A stretch of 64,000 nucleotides of DNA from Eledone cirrhosa. Its lineage: Eukaryota. This document shows, one piece after another, positions 35,108-48,124 of the stretch (positions are counted from its first letter, which is position 1; each line of letters starts with the position of its first letter). The position numbers and the translations under genes are program-made. The stretch covers positions 128,278,001-128,342,000 of the forward strand of contig OZ024743.1 in the NCBI GenBank assembly GCA_964016885.1, given 5' to 3'. Below the pieces are notes generated by a model. It had not been told where the DNA came from and made no database searches. It worked only from the letters and a program-made list of their open reading frames with translations.

Positions 35108-35440
35108 CCAACAACAACCCTGAGTACCTTTTCGATTTCCATGTGTCTAACACACGTGGACATGCCCACAAAGTAAGAAAACAGCACAGTTCCCATGACT
35201 TTCGGAAACATTTTTTCACGCTCAGAGTTGCTGAAGCATGGAACAAACTACCTGCATCAGTTGTTAGCTGTCGAGACACTGCATCCTTTAAGGCCTCCAT
35301 GCTTCCCGAGATCCGCCAACACTACAGCTAACACATACACACATGTACTTCCCTGACATTTGTGTATTGTTCTATGTACTATATTGACGAGTTGTAGTGC
35401 ACCTGAGCACTTTACACAATAATTTCATTATTATTATTAT
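35108..35440 (+). mobile_element. CR1-clade LINE 3' end
   Basis: NTRGHAHKVRK..RKHFFTLRVAEAWNKLPASVV..FK, short 3' UTR and (ATT)n tail. Confidence 0.85.
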
Positions 35441-35467
35441 ATATATATATATATATATATAAATATA

Positions 35468-35819
35468 CAGTGAAATTCCATTATAACGAAATCCACGGGG
35501 TATAAAAAAACATTTTCTGTAACAAAAAATTCTTTATAATGAGATCGACCTAATACATCAAGCGTGTGGCCAGGGATTGAAAAAAATTTTGTTATACTGA
35601 AAAATTAGTTATAATGGTATTTGTTATTACAGAATTTTATATATATATAAAATTCTGTAATAACAAATACCATTATAACTAATTTTTCAGTATAACAACA
35701 TTTTTTTCAATCCCTGGCCACACGCTTGATGTATTAGGTCGATCTCATTATAAAGAATTTTTTGTTACAGAAAATGTTTTTTTATACCCCGTGGATTTCG
35801 TTATAATGGAATTTCACTG
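35468..35819. mobile_element. Tigger/pogo-like MITE present as a near-perfect inverted dimer (352-bp palindrome)
   Basis: TA|CAGTGAAATTCCATTATAACG ... CGTTATAATGGAATTTCACTG|TA. Arms meet in a TA tract at ~35643; one mismatch was seen. Confidence 0.8.
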
Positions 35820-38800
35820 TATATTTATATATATATATATATATATATGCAAAGAAAGAGAGATGTATTCTGTTTCTTTAAAATATCTTGCTTTTTATTC
35901 CACCTTTGATAAAGGAGTGAATATATTTGTGCACCTTATGCAACTTCTGTCTACCACTGGTTCCTGTTCTCTTTGTTATTTATCAAGACTAGTCTTCTCT
36001 AAGATTACATTTGAGCCGTTCGACTCTAGATTTTTCTTTTATGTCTGGAGTTCTGCCTCTATCTCTGCCATGGATATATATATATATCAAATGTAATCTT
36101 AGAGAAGACTAGTCTTGATAAATAACAAAGAGAACAGGAACCTGTGGTTGACAGAAGTTGCATAAGGTGCACAAATATATTCACTCCTTTATCAAAGGTG
36201 GAAAAAGTCAGTTAACTGGTGCCTAGTTCCCAACAATATTCATTTAACCAAACCGCATTTGCCCAAACACAAACACTAGTTATCTTTATTTTATCTACAC
36301 TTAAGGAGATTTTGATACTTATATACCATGGCTCCACTTACCAAATAATAGTCTTAATAGGTAGTTTCTAGCTGTTTAAGTAGCTCTGATTTCATGCCAT
36401 AAATTTAATGATATAATATATACATATAACAACACACACACACATAAACATACAGATAGTTTAGGCAACATTCTTAGATGATATACAACCTGTCTCTGGC
36501 AGCCAGATGACATAACATGTGGTTAAAATGTTTGCCTCTCATTTATGTGGTTTTAGCTTTAATCCTACTGCACAGTTCTTTGGGCGTGTAACCTTTACTA
36601 TAGTCTTGGGTGGGTCAACCTAAGTATTGGGAGTGAAATTTGGGAGACCAAAACTACCAGAAAGACTGTTCCTGTTCTTGAACAGTAGACTTAATCCCCC
36701 ACCTGGTTTAATACCACTTGTTTTTAGCTCCTGGAGTCCTTTAACAAAATCCATTTTCTTACAAGAATTCAGGCCATGTAAGTGGTATAGAGATAACGTT
36801 CTACCATCAGTCAATGGATGTTCCAGAAAAAGATTCATGGGTACTGTTATACCTCCTCTGACTAAAGTATCATCATCATCCTTGTTTAACGTCTGTTTTC
36901 CCTACTAAACCATTAAAGGTAACTGACAAAATATATGTAGCAGATTTGAACTCACAAAATAAGATTTAGTATGTCAATACTTTATCATCTCACATACTTA
37001 ATATCTGCATCTTTGTAAACTGTGGCAAGTTGAATTGTCTTTACTTAACGTACAGTCCCAATGGTAATAGTGATGTATAAAATATAAACACACAGCCTCT
37101 AAAGGGATTTAACCCATTAGTTACTATATTTGTAATGAAAGTCATTGCCTGTAATCTTGACATCATTTTGAAAATATTCAAGGATTTAGAGGGATTGAGT
37201 AATATAACTAATATTTTCAGTATTAAGTTGGTATTTAACACATATCAAAACTCATATAAAATTATGATGGAAGATTTTAAAATGAATATGTAAGTAATGA
37301 TAAACAGACAGACACCAACAGACAGAGAAGTGCGTCTGGTTGTGTTGAGGACTTTTCAACTTCTATTGTGTTGGTTTCATCCATAATAAAATACACCCAG
37401 TATACTTTGTATAGTGGCTGGTGACTGAGCAGAGATGATATAGGCTAGTGAGATATCTTCAGTCTTGCTGAATGCATGACAACCTCTCTAATGTTGATAC
37501 CATGATAAAATGCACCAAGTAAACTCTGTAAAATGAGAGTGCTAGTACTGCAATATAATGCACCTTAATACACTCTGCAAATTGTTGGCATTGAGAAAGG
37601 CATCCAGCCATCAAAACCATGCTGAAATACGGAATGTATGAACAAGATATGGTTCTCCAATAATGGACCATAATGACCCATCAAACGTATATCAACATGA
37701 AAAGTGGATGTGAAATACTGATGAGTATAATGAATACTTTAAAACAAACAGTTTTGTATAGTAGAGCCAAGGGCAATTTCAGGCAGCTTGATATCAAAAT
37801 GATTAAATTGAAAACTATATGTTTAAGTTCTAAAATTTAGGCCACCAGGCTCACAAAAACGATAAGAAGATCATGGATGGAACACCATAAGAACGAATCC
37901 TTAGTTCTACTGACATGACATGAAGCAGATGAGAAATAAATGGTACTTTTCACTTGGATAAGATATAAGTCTATCTTAGATAACATTCCAAGGCAATCTG
38001 GTGCCTATTTCAGGCTAGAAGTTGCACAGATGAAGAATTAAGTGGACTTCTCAAACACACAAGAGAAAAGGTGAACTGAATTTTAATCCATGACCTATGA
38101 TATATCAAATCAGGTTTCATGGGAAAATTCTGGAATTTCAAGAGATAAGTTTAATAGAATTTAATAAAAAAATGTTTGTTTTTTTTTCTTTACATGAATA
38201 AAATTTCTCTCTAAAACAATTTCTGTTTCATTTAATGTCTTGTTATAATTAAGATGGTTTGTGGTAGTTTGTAAAATATGGGTATGGGTTCCATGATTTC
38301 TGGAAAATTGCTCAAGGCAAATTTGGAAACCACTGTATTAGATCAAACAAGCTTCAGCTATTTCTCTTGGGATCATGCCTATAACCCAGAAATCCAGTTT
38401 TCAACTCTTTTACATACACTAAACTACTCTTTCTCTTTGGCATATACTTATAACTGAAAAGTCCACTCTTCAACATCTACCTTCAACTCTTCTATATCTA
38501 CACTCATCTGTCTTCAACACACATTTAGATTGAACATATCTGAGAAAGAATGTAAGAGTCATAGGCATTCATTCTATTCTTCCTATAACAACTAGCTGCA
38601 ACTACAGCAACTGTAAAAACAATACTAACAGCAACAACAACAACTAACACATAAAAAGAAAAAAATAAGACTTCAGATGTAGCAAATATCCATCTCCCTC
38701 CTCTTCATCATCATCACCATTTTACATCAATTTTCATTGCTGGTATGGGTTGGTCGGTTTGTTACGTTGTGAGACTACAACAGGCCAGATGCCCCCCCCC

Positions 38801-39235
38801 CCTGCTCATATGTTCCAGTTTGGCATGGTTTCTACAGCCAGATACCCATCTTAATGTCAACTATTTTGCAGTGTGTACTAAGTGCATTTTATCATGGCTC
38901 CTGGAATATCATGTTACAGACAGATCTGTTCTAACTCTCTGCATTCTGAATTCAAATCCTGCTGCATTCAGGTTTGCCTTTCACCTTTTCAAGGCTGATA
39001 AATCTAGGATTGGATATTCTATCTCTCTCTCTCTCTCTCAACCTCATCCTTCTCTTTGGAATGTACCTACTCAAAGATTGATCCCATGGCTTTATGATCA
39101 AGAGACCAACACCTTAACCACTAGACCAACACCTTCACTGGGTAACACACTGGGTAACAAACTAAACAAAGTAATCCATTCAATTGGTTATTCTACTGTA
39201 TTATCAACTGGGCTGATTTACTTTACTGGAGTGTT

Positions 39236-39648
39236 AATGTGTGAGAGAGAAAGAGAGATTAGGAGAGAGAAATTTGGACAGAAAGAGAGAGAGAGGGTGA
39301 GGAGAGGGATTGGAGGAGAGAGAAAATTGCATTGTGTGAGTGTGAGTGAGAGAGAGAGAGTGGGAGAGAGAGGGTGAGAAGGATTGGAGGAGAGATCGAT
39401 TTGCATGAAGAGAGAGATGCATTGTTTGTGTGTGTAAGGGGGAGAGAGAGAGAGAGTGCATGAGGGAGAGAGATAGAGTGAAGAAGAGAGTGAGTGAGAG
39501 ATGCATTGTATATGTGAGTGTGTGAGAGAGAGAAAGAAAGAGAGTGAGGGAGAGAGAGAGTGAGAGAGAGTGAGGGAGAGAGAGAGAGAAAGAGCGAGAG
39601 TGAGTGCGAGATGCATTGTATGTGTGTGAGTGTGTGAGAGAGAAAAAG

Positions 39649-39730
<82 letters not shown>
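39236..39730. repeat. GA-rich low-complexity tract with repeated 'gatgcattgt' and (TA)n
   Basis: Directly visible. Confidence 0.85.
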
Positions 39731-39731
<1 letters not shown>

Positions 39732-40798
39732 AGTATGAAGAAAAGATGAAAACAATAAATAAAGAATCAAGTAAGAAATAAATATGCGAGACATTGGGGG
39801 ACCAAAGGAGTTCCAAAATATACAGAGAGATCAAATTGCAGGAATGAGTAGTTTATATTTCAGCACCTTTGATAAAGACACTGTAGCATATGGTTACTTT
39901 TGGTTTATAAAGTGAAGTATTAGAAACAAACAGACAAAACACAAAGAAACAAACAGAAAATAGGATTGAAATTTATTTAGATGTTTATGTTTTGAGGTGA
40001 CAACAACATCCAACAACATCACAGTTATTTCCTTACAGGAAGTAAATGTGTACCTAGCTCCTCCACTAAACACATCATCAAACAGCCACACCACCTACAT
40101 CAACCCTGAAAATTATTTTTGTTTTCTTTTTATTTTCTCTTCAGTTTCTCCACCCTACCCCCCACATTGAGATGAAGTTTAGTTATTAGTAACATCTGTC
40201 CTTAAGGAGAGAGAGAGGGCGGGGGGTAGAGATCACTAAAGAGAGAGAGAGAGAGAGAGATGGGGGAGAGACCACTAAAGAGAGAGATAGACAGAGGGAG
40301 AGCCCTAAAGAAAGTCAGTGGGAGACAGAGATCCTCCAAAAGAGAATCAATCAGAGAGAAAGACAGAGACCCCTAAAGAAAGTCAGTGGAAGTGTGACAG
40401 AGACCCCCTAAAAAGAGTCAGTGAGAGAAAGACAGAAACCCCTAGAGAGAGAGAGAGAGAGAGAGAGAAGGATGAAATGCAAGGTATGATATAATATACA
40501 TATGAACGATGAGCAAAACTAAAAGACAAAGAAGAAAACAAAAAGAAGTTGTTGACCTCAGCTTTAGAGGCTAATGAAGCTGGAGCTTACTCCAGTTTCG
40601 TGTGGAGTTAAGAGACAAAGTACACAATTCTATTGCAAAGTTAAACCCCAGCTACTGTAGGTACTCATGCAATGTAAAGTGATGTTTTTTGTTCAAGGGT
40701 ACAAAGCACCAACCAGTCCAAGAATTGAATACATGGCATATATCTTGTCTTGTACAATGTACTAAAGCTTATGAATTATTGAAGCACCTGAAGTGTTT

Positions 40799-41061
40799 GA
40801 AATTTCGAAAATGTGAGAGTCCCAAATACAAAAAAAATAATTGTAATAACAGTAGGTCACTCTAAATAATAGTTGATCAAATTGGGTAAATTTTCCTTAG
40901 AGATAGAAAAAAATGGGCAGAGGTACCTACGAGGCATTTTCCTTGAATGTGGCTATGTCCACTTTTTTCTAATTTACCCAATTTTCACAACTATTATCTG
41001 TAGTGATTGACTGTTATTAAAATTATTTTCTGCATTTGGGACTCACACATTTTCAAATTTC
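40799..41061. mobile_element. Old foldback MITE with ~90-bp imperfect inverted arms
   Basis: aaaatgtgagagtcccaaat..attgggtaaatt versus aatttacccaat..atttgggactcacacatttt. Confidence 0.6.
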
Positions 41062-41526
41062 AATGTATTAAATCTAGGTTTTTCTCAAATGTTCATCAAG
41101 CTATAGCTTATCCTGGTTTTATTGGCTTTAACTGACTGAGAGTGCAAAACTTCTAACTGGTTGTCTCAAAGTTTACCACCAGCTGCTCTTGGCACCCATT
41201 CTTTAACTAAATGTCTAAAGTATTATGAAAAAAAAAATGCTTTGCTCAAGGATGCAATGTGCCACCCAGTTCAAAGATCAGACCCATGGCTATATGATCA
41301 CAAGGCATACATTGTAATCAAATTAAATTTTAAAGTTTTCCTCAGTAAAGTCAGAGCTTATGGTGTCATGTGACAACCCTTTTCATACCAAACCACCTAA
41401 AACCGCCTCTGGTTTGATGAAAAACAGTTGTTTATTTTAAAGTGCTTATGCTAATCTAAAAACCTTCCACCATAATTTTATCTAAGAACTTTTGTTAAAT
41501 TACATTCCAAACATCAACTTAATAAT

Positions 41527-41742
41527 TGTTTCTACTTTAGGCACAAGGCCAGCAACTTGAAGGGGTGAGAAAAGTCAATTAAATCGATTCCAGTGCATTA
41601 CTGGTGCTTTATTTATCAACCTCGTAAGGATGGAAGACAAAGCTAACCTCAGCGGGATTTGAACTCAGAACGTAAAGGGCCATAACTATACCGCAAAGCA
41701 TAGTGTCCAACGCTCTACTGATTCTGACAATCCACGACCTTC
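41527..41742 (-). mobile_element. SINE family A inserted into a MITE
   Basis: Homology; direct repeat 'caaacatcaacttaataat' on both sides. Confidence 0.85.
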
Positions 41743-42614
41743 AAACATCAACTTAATAATGAGAAGGTTAGTTATATTACTAAATCCTTCCCAAATCTTG
41801 ATTATTTTCAAAATCATATGTAGTGTCTTTCATTAGAAATATAGTAACAAAATGGTTAAGCAATTAACATAGACTTCCCTCAGGATGTGATACTAGTCTG
41901 TTGCAAGGTTAACCCCCAGCTGCTCTTAATACTAAATTTCAGCTGGGTGGATGGAAGCAATGCAAAATGAAATGCCTTGAAATGCTATTTGCTCAAGGAT
42001 ACACTATGCCATCCAGTATGGGGGATCAAACCCATGACCTTAGATCTTGAAACTAACACCCTAACCACTAGGATATGCACCTTCAGTTATTTCACCAGTT
42101 TCAGTGAAGGAGTGTAATTAATATGTATGGACAGATAATCTGTTTGGTGTGTGGTATATATGAAGGCTTTTCACACATGAGTGCATTTGCATGGGAGCAA
42201 GGAAGCATGCAGAAGAGAGGTAGGTAAAGAGCTAAATAAAGGTGGTATGTAGGTAAAAATATAGGTGTAAGTATTAGAATAATATTGCCTGAGTGAGGAA
42301 ATGATATAGAGAAACCAGTGTGTGCCTACAGGTGTATAGAGGCTCTAGTTAGTTCTTTCTTTCCTCTTGTGCTAAAATTCTTCCTCTTTCTCTATTTCAA
42401 CTTGTACACACAAACATATGTAAACACATCTATACACACACGATTATATATTCACACAAGAAAACACTATACTCTATAGGTAAATTAATACAGACACGCA
42501 AAGCTTTAACTATATATGTAAGACATGTACCCATGTATATGTAGATAACAGTAAGGAGGAGCAAGAAAGTGGAATAAGGAAAGAGTTATATAAACAATTA
42601 TAGAATGAAAGTAT

Positions 42615-42648
<34 letters not shown>

Positions 42649-42814
42649 GAGAGAGGTGGAGGGAGAAAAGCATGTCTTCATGTTGATGTAGACAAATTAT
42701 GTGTGTACTTATGTTGATATACAGATGGGTGAATAAATAGATTACACATATGGAAGTATAAACACACATTTATTTGACTCATTGTGTGAATGCTCTAATG
42801 TAAATTCTATACTT

Positions 42815-42963
<149 letters not shown>

Positions 42964-43447
42964 AAGACACAATTTATGGAAATATATGTTTCACCTGTAC
43001 AAAACTACATTGAAATATATATCTTCACATTGCACACTGAAATAGATGCTATTGTAGTAATAGTTTTAAAATGTAAATTAAGTAATGTAACTAATTTATC
43101 ATCATCACCATCATCATTTTACATGTTTTTTCATGCTTGCATGAGATCAGCTATAAGTCCCTCTTCCTAGTTTTCCTTGGTTTTCTTCTACTGCAGCTTC
43201 CTTCCACTGGTATCTCTTGACACTTCTTTACCAAGTGATCATCATCCATACTCATCATATGCTTGTACCAGTGCAGTCTACAACGTTCCACACTACATCT
43301 GATACATCTTATACACATTTATATGTGCGTGAGTGTGTGTGTAAATTTAAACAATATAAAAGAACTTATTTCATATATCAAGTTGAGAAACCAACTAGTA
43401 TTATGTACATATGTGCAGAATGACAAATAATAAATGTACTCACTTAA

Positions 43448-43668
43448 CCCTTTAACGTTTACATTATTCTATATTTACTATTCTATTTTCACAGTAAATG
43501 CTTTATCTTACATAATTATCTCACATAATATCAAATCTACAAGATTTTGATGTTATCTATTTTGAGAACAGTACCTTAATGTAAGTATGAGCAGCCAGAT
43601 ATAGCCGGTTTGAACAGAAAGAGGTGAGATAGTTCTGGCCAGATATGACCAGTTTAAATGCTAAAAGG
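43448..43668. mobile_element. piggyBac-like MITE
   Basis: TTAA|ccctttaacgtttac ... tttaaatgctaaaagg|TTA; related to 6729-6949. Confidence 0.6.
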
Positions 43669-43704
43669 TTATAGAAAGAATCAAGACAAAAATCATCTAA
43701 AGTT

Positions 43705-43837
43705 CACTTATATGGTAGTTTCATGAATTCCAGAACATGTCGCATATAATCGATTTTAATGGTTGGTATCAATCACCAATTATCGACCTTGGTAATAAGT
43801 ATCATTAAGACCATTGAATACCATTCCTCAGTAAGTG
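43705..43837 (-). ncRNA. Type I hammerhead with 102-nt helix II domain
   Basis: CACTTA CTGAGGA ATGgtATTC[...]GAATtCAT GAAAC-tacc-ATA TAAGTG. Confidence 0.6.
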
Positions 43838-44039
43838 TTAAGGTCTTGTCTATATACATCTCACTTTGCACATTATTTAGTTACCTGTCCAAGCAAGACG
43901 CTCGATTAAAACTGCAAATTACTAGTTACCTGTATATCATCTAAATTTGTATAAATTATGCTCTGAGCTTAATGTTCATGGAACTTTCTTTGTTGAGTAA
44001 CATAATCAATATGTATATTATATGTATATATTAAACCTA

Positions 44040-44072
<33 letters not shown>

Positions 44073-44100
44073 CGCATATGGAGGCACATGGCTTAGTATG

Positions 44101-44431
44101 GAGGCACATGACTTAGTGGTTAGAGCATTGGCCTTGCAATCGAAAGGTTGTGAGTTCAATTCTCAGACCGGGTGATGTGTTGTTTCCTTGAGCAAGACAC
44201 TTTATTTCACATTGCTCCAGTTTACTCAGCTGTAGAAATGAGATGATAGGGACTGGGGTCCCTATCATTCCACTGTAAAGTGGTCGTGGAGGTGCCATGG
44301 CAAAAAAGCACCCATCACTCACTGTAAATGGGGTTGATGTTAGGAAGGGCATCCAGCTGTAGAAATCAAGCCAGAATCAGTTCCCGTCCCACCCTTGCAA
44401 GCAGGGAAAAGCGGACGTAAAATGTTGATGA
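44101..44431 (+). mobile_element. SINE family B, full length with duplicated 5' end
   Basis: Homology to 16236; 'tatggaggcacatggcttag' occurs twice (44077, 44097). Confidence 0.88.
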
Positions 44432-44585
44432 AAAAAAAAATATATATATATATATATACCAGGATATGACCAGGATTTTTTCATTCTGAGGATTAAAAGC
44501 AAAATCTTTTGCTTTTAAGAAACCACTGGTAAATGGAATAATTGCCTTATGTTGTTTATTACATAAATGTATATATATATATATA

Positions 44586-45353
44586 GAATGTACACAATGC
44601 AGATCTTAGGTACACAAGAGGTGTAGTGGGATAGCAGGCAAACTAACAAGAAGGGAAAACTACATATGTAGTTGATGTTCAGGGAAATTTGATAGTAGAA
44701 GTGGCAGTGATAGACACATTTTTCAAATGCAGGTAGGATCTAAAGGTGGTTGATAGCTTCTGATACCTAGGTGATCAGATTAGCAAGGGAAGAGGATTCT
44801 CTGAGGCCATAGTGTCTAGAACAAGGATGAGCCGGAAGAAGTTTAGGGAGCTGCTTCTTTTGATGACAACGAATGAAAGGCTGGTTATATGATGCCTGTG
44901 TGAAATGCACGATGCTGCACGGTAGTGAGACATGGGCAGCAACTGCAGAGGATATGCGATGGCTGGAGAGAAATGAAGCAATCATGCTCCAATTGATGTG
45001 CAATGTCAATGTGCGTGAACGACCAATCATAGACGAGTTGAGAGTGAAACTGTGTATAAGAGGGATAAACTGTAGTGTGCGGGAGAGAAGACTGCGTTGG
45101 TGTGGACATGTGATGCACAGGGAAGATGACCACTGGGTAAAGAAGTGCCAAGAAATTCCAATGGAAGGAAGATGCAATAGAGGAAGACCACAAAAATCAT
45201 GGGTAGAGGTAGTGAAAGCTGACCTCAGATCGCTGAAGCTCACAGAGGAGATGACGAAGACCGTGACGAATGGAGAGATGCTGTGCTGAATAGGACCCGT
45301 CCTACCCTTGCAAGCAAGGAAAAGCGGACGTAAAATGATGATGATGATGATGA
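44586..45353 (+). mobile_element. RTE LINE 3' fragment (first family)
   Basis: Starts in the PHD-like finger; ORF 44873-45289; (GAT)n tail. Confidence 0.88.
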
Positions 45354-46307
45354 TAAAATACATGTATAATATATATATAAAAAATATATATTGATTATGT
45401 TATTCAACAAAGAAAGCTCAATGAGCATTAAGCTCATAGCATAATATGTATATAAGTACAATTACATCTTCAAGAAGATGCCTTACATTAATTTACCTTC
45501 AGTGAACATAGCCTTGACTAGGAGTTTTGAGGTCATCGGATGTGTTTCAACCCTCAACTGTGAGGCCATTGCTTGGTATCACTTATTTTGGGCCATTTGA
45601 TGAATTCTCTCACAAGGTGGGTTTGGCTTTCCTTGTGGCATCAAGTAGGTTCCTCCTGAGGATTTGATCTGGGACAGGTACTGAGAGATCTCCAGTTCTG
45701 TGGGACACTTCCTGCCTGGTGTTCTCCAGAATCTTTCCACAGTAATGCTTTACTTTAAATACCTCCTCAGTAAATGTTGTTTAGGTGATCTGTCTTTGCA
45801 TATGCAATTCATTCCTGGTAATTGTCATATCTGTCCCGTTGAGTCTCTCATGCTCCCCTCTCACAGGAGACTTTGTGGGTATTTCTTGCTTTTATACTTT
45901 GTAACTTGGTCGGTGCCCTCTTGCGAGTGATGTATAAAGTTGCTAGACTCCTACACCCATGCCAGTCTTTCCTGGAGGTTAACTGTCTTTCCAGTGTCAC
46001 TGAACTTCCTTAGTTGCCATCCAGACCTTCCTGGAAGTCACTGGTTGTCCAAAGAATTGTAGGCCTAATTACATATATATATGTATGTATGATGACACTC
46101 CCCTTTCATTTGTAATTCTAATCCTCCACCACTATTACCACCACACAACTTTTTACATTTTTCCAAATATGATATATAAATACACATAACATTAAGTTTC
46201 TTTTGATCTTGTATTCATCACAATAAGGATTAATCGACCTTTCCTATCATAAAACTTTTGTAAAATACACCATCTTATTGCTTTCTCAACTTCATATAAT
46301 ATATATA

Positions 46308-46360
<53 letters not shown>

Positions 46361-47937
46361 GACAGTGTTTGGCTTAATAGTTATGGTATTCATCTTCTGA
46401 TTGTAAGTTGTTGCTGAAATTAATTTTCTTTGTGTCTTTAAGCAAGACACTTTAGTTCACATTTTTCCAGTCTACTCAACTGAAAAACAATTATTTGTAC
46501 CTGTATTTTAAAGTGCCAGCTTTGTCACACACTAAGTCATGCTGAATCACCCTGAGAACTACATTAAGAGAAGACATGTTTGTGAAGTACTCAGCCACTT
46601 GCACTTTAATTTCATGAGTAAGCTGTTCCATTGATCAAACATCTGGAGTACTCATCGTCTGAATCGATGTGGGTCTGACAACATATATATCATCTGTTTT
46701 TTCCATACTGGCATGAGTTGGATGGGTCATCACTAACCAAGTCAGTACTTAATGAGAGTTACTGACCTTCCAGATGTGCAGAGCATGAGACACATTTCAC
46801 ATAGATTCCAGTTTTGGTATGGTTTCTACAGGTTTGGAACCTTTCAATCACCAACCTCTTTACAGAGTATACTGAGTGCATTTTATTGTGACACAGGCAC
46901 TGGAGAGGTTGTTGTGACCATAATGTGACTGAAGAGTTTTTTCAATCCTTATTGGTATGGTTTTTGAGATGGGATGCCCTTTCAATTACCAACAATTTCA
47001 AGAAGGGTATCCAGACCCCTTCAAATACTTTTCACTTTTCCTACAACTGTATTACACTAAAGAGAAAATGGAATCTTTGAAATGAGATAATTAAAGATAA
47101 AATTAAAACTAAACTGGTTAAGAAGAAATACAGAAATCAAATATTATTTTTGAATTAACATTAATTATTTTACAAGAAAAGAGAATAATCCAACCGCTAT
47201 TCTTTCCCCTGAAATTTATAACAATGAGTGATGACTATTACATAGGACCAGTTTTGTAGATATGATGAAAACTTTTGAAATGTATTAATGTAAAACCTTT
47301 AGTTTTGTATAAAACTCTAGTTTAACGAAAAGATGAAAATACAAAAATTATCAAATTAACAAAAAATATGATTTTGGGAGTAAAATAACAGGAACATGTT
47401 TATAGGAAATACCAGTGTGAAATGAAATGAAAGAAGGGAAAATATTTGTTTAATTGAGAAGAAAGATAAGAGTATGAATTCCATCTAAGTGGAAAGATAA
47501 AAACATATTTCCATTAGTTATGTGGAAGTGGTAATATAGTGAAGTAGAAAGCTTAACCATTTTTATACCAAACTGCCAGAAACTGTCTCTGGTTCTAGAT
47601 ACAAAGCTGTTTATATTTTTTTATGTTTTTATCATAGTTTGTAAGAACCTTTTTGAAGTTATGCCCCAAACACCAGCTTAATAATGAAAAATTTAATTAT
47701 ATTACTAAATCCTTGTAAATTTTATTATCATTCTTAAAATCTATTGAAAATCATAGGTAGTGACTTTCACTAGAAATATGATAACGAAAAGGTTAGAATA
47801 CCTAAATATAAGAAGGCTTAATTTTGTTACAAGAAAAACTTGATTCCAAAATTGTGAGGTTAAAGTCTTTAGTTTACAGATGTAGGGGCCATGAATCCAA
47901 ACCTCAACTATTCCTTCTGCATTATTATTTCAGGCAA

Positions 47938-48124
47938 GGGCGGTGAATTGGCAGTATCGGTAGAGGGTTGGACACCATGCTTTCTAGCATAGTTACGTCC
48001 CTTTACGGTTTGAGTTCAAATCCCGCCGAGGTTAACTTTGCCTTTCATCCTTACGGGGTCGATAAAATAAAGTACCAGTAATGTACTGGGTAATTGCTGT
48101 CCTTGTGCCTAAAGTAGAAACAAT
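47938..48124 (+). mobile_element. SINE family A with target-site duplication
   Basis: Direct repeat attatt(a/t)tttcaggcaagg on both sides. Confidence 0.88.

Noticed and set aside
36600-36910. 93-aa ORF 36627-36908 as a host exon
   Set aside because: It lies between SINE-like head and RTE-like tail remnants and has no recognisable domain or clear splice signals.
45470-46065. Moderately GC-rich unassigned segment with a GAAACACATC motif on the minus strand
   Set aside because: No recognisable protein motif and no intact CUGANGA; cannot be classified by eye.
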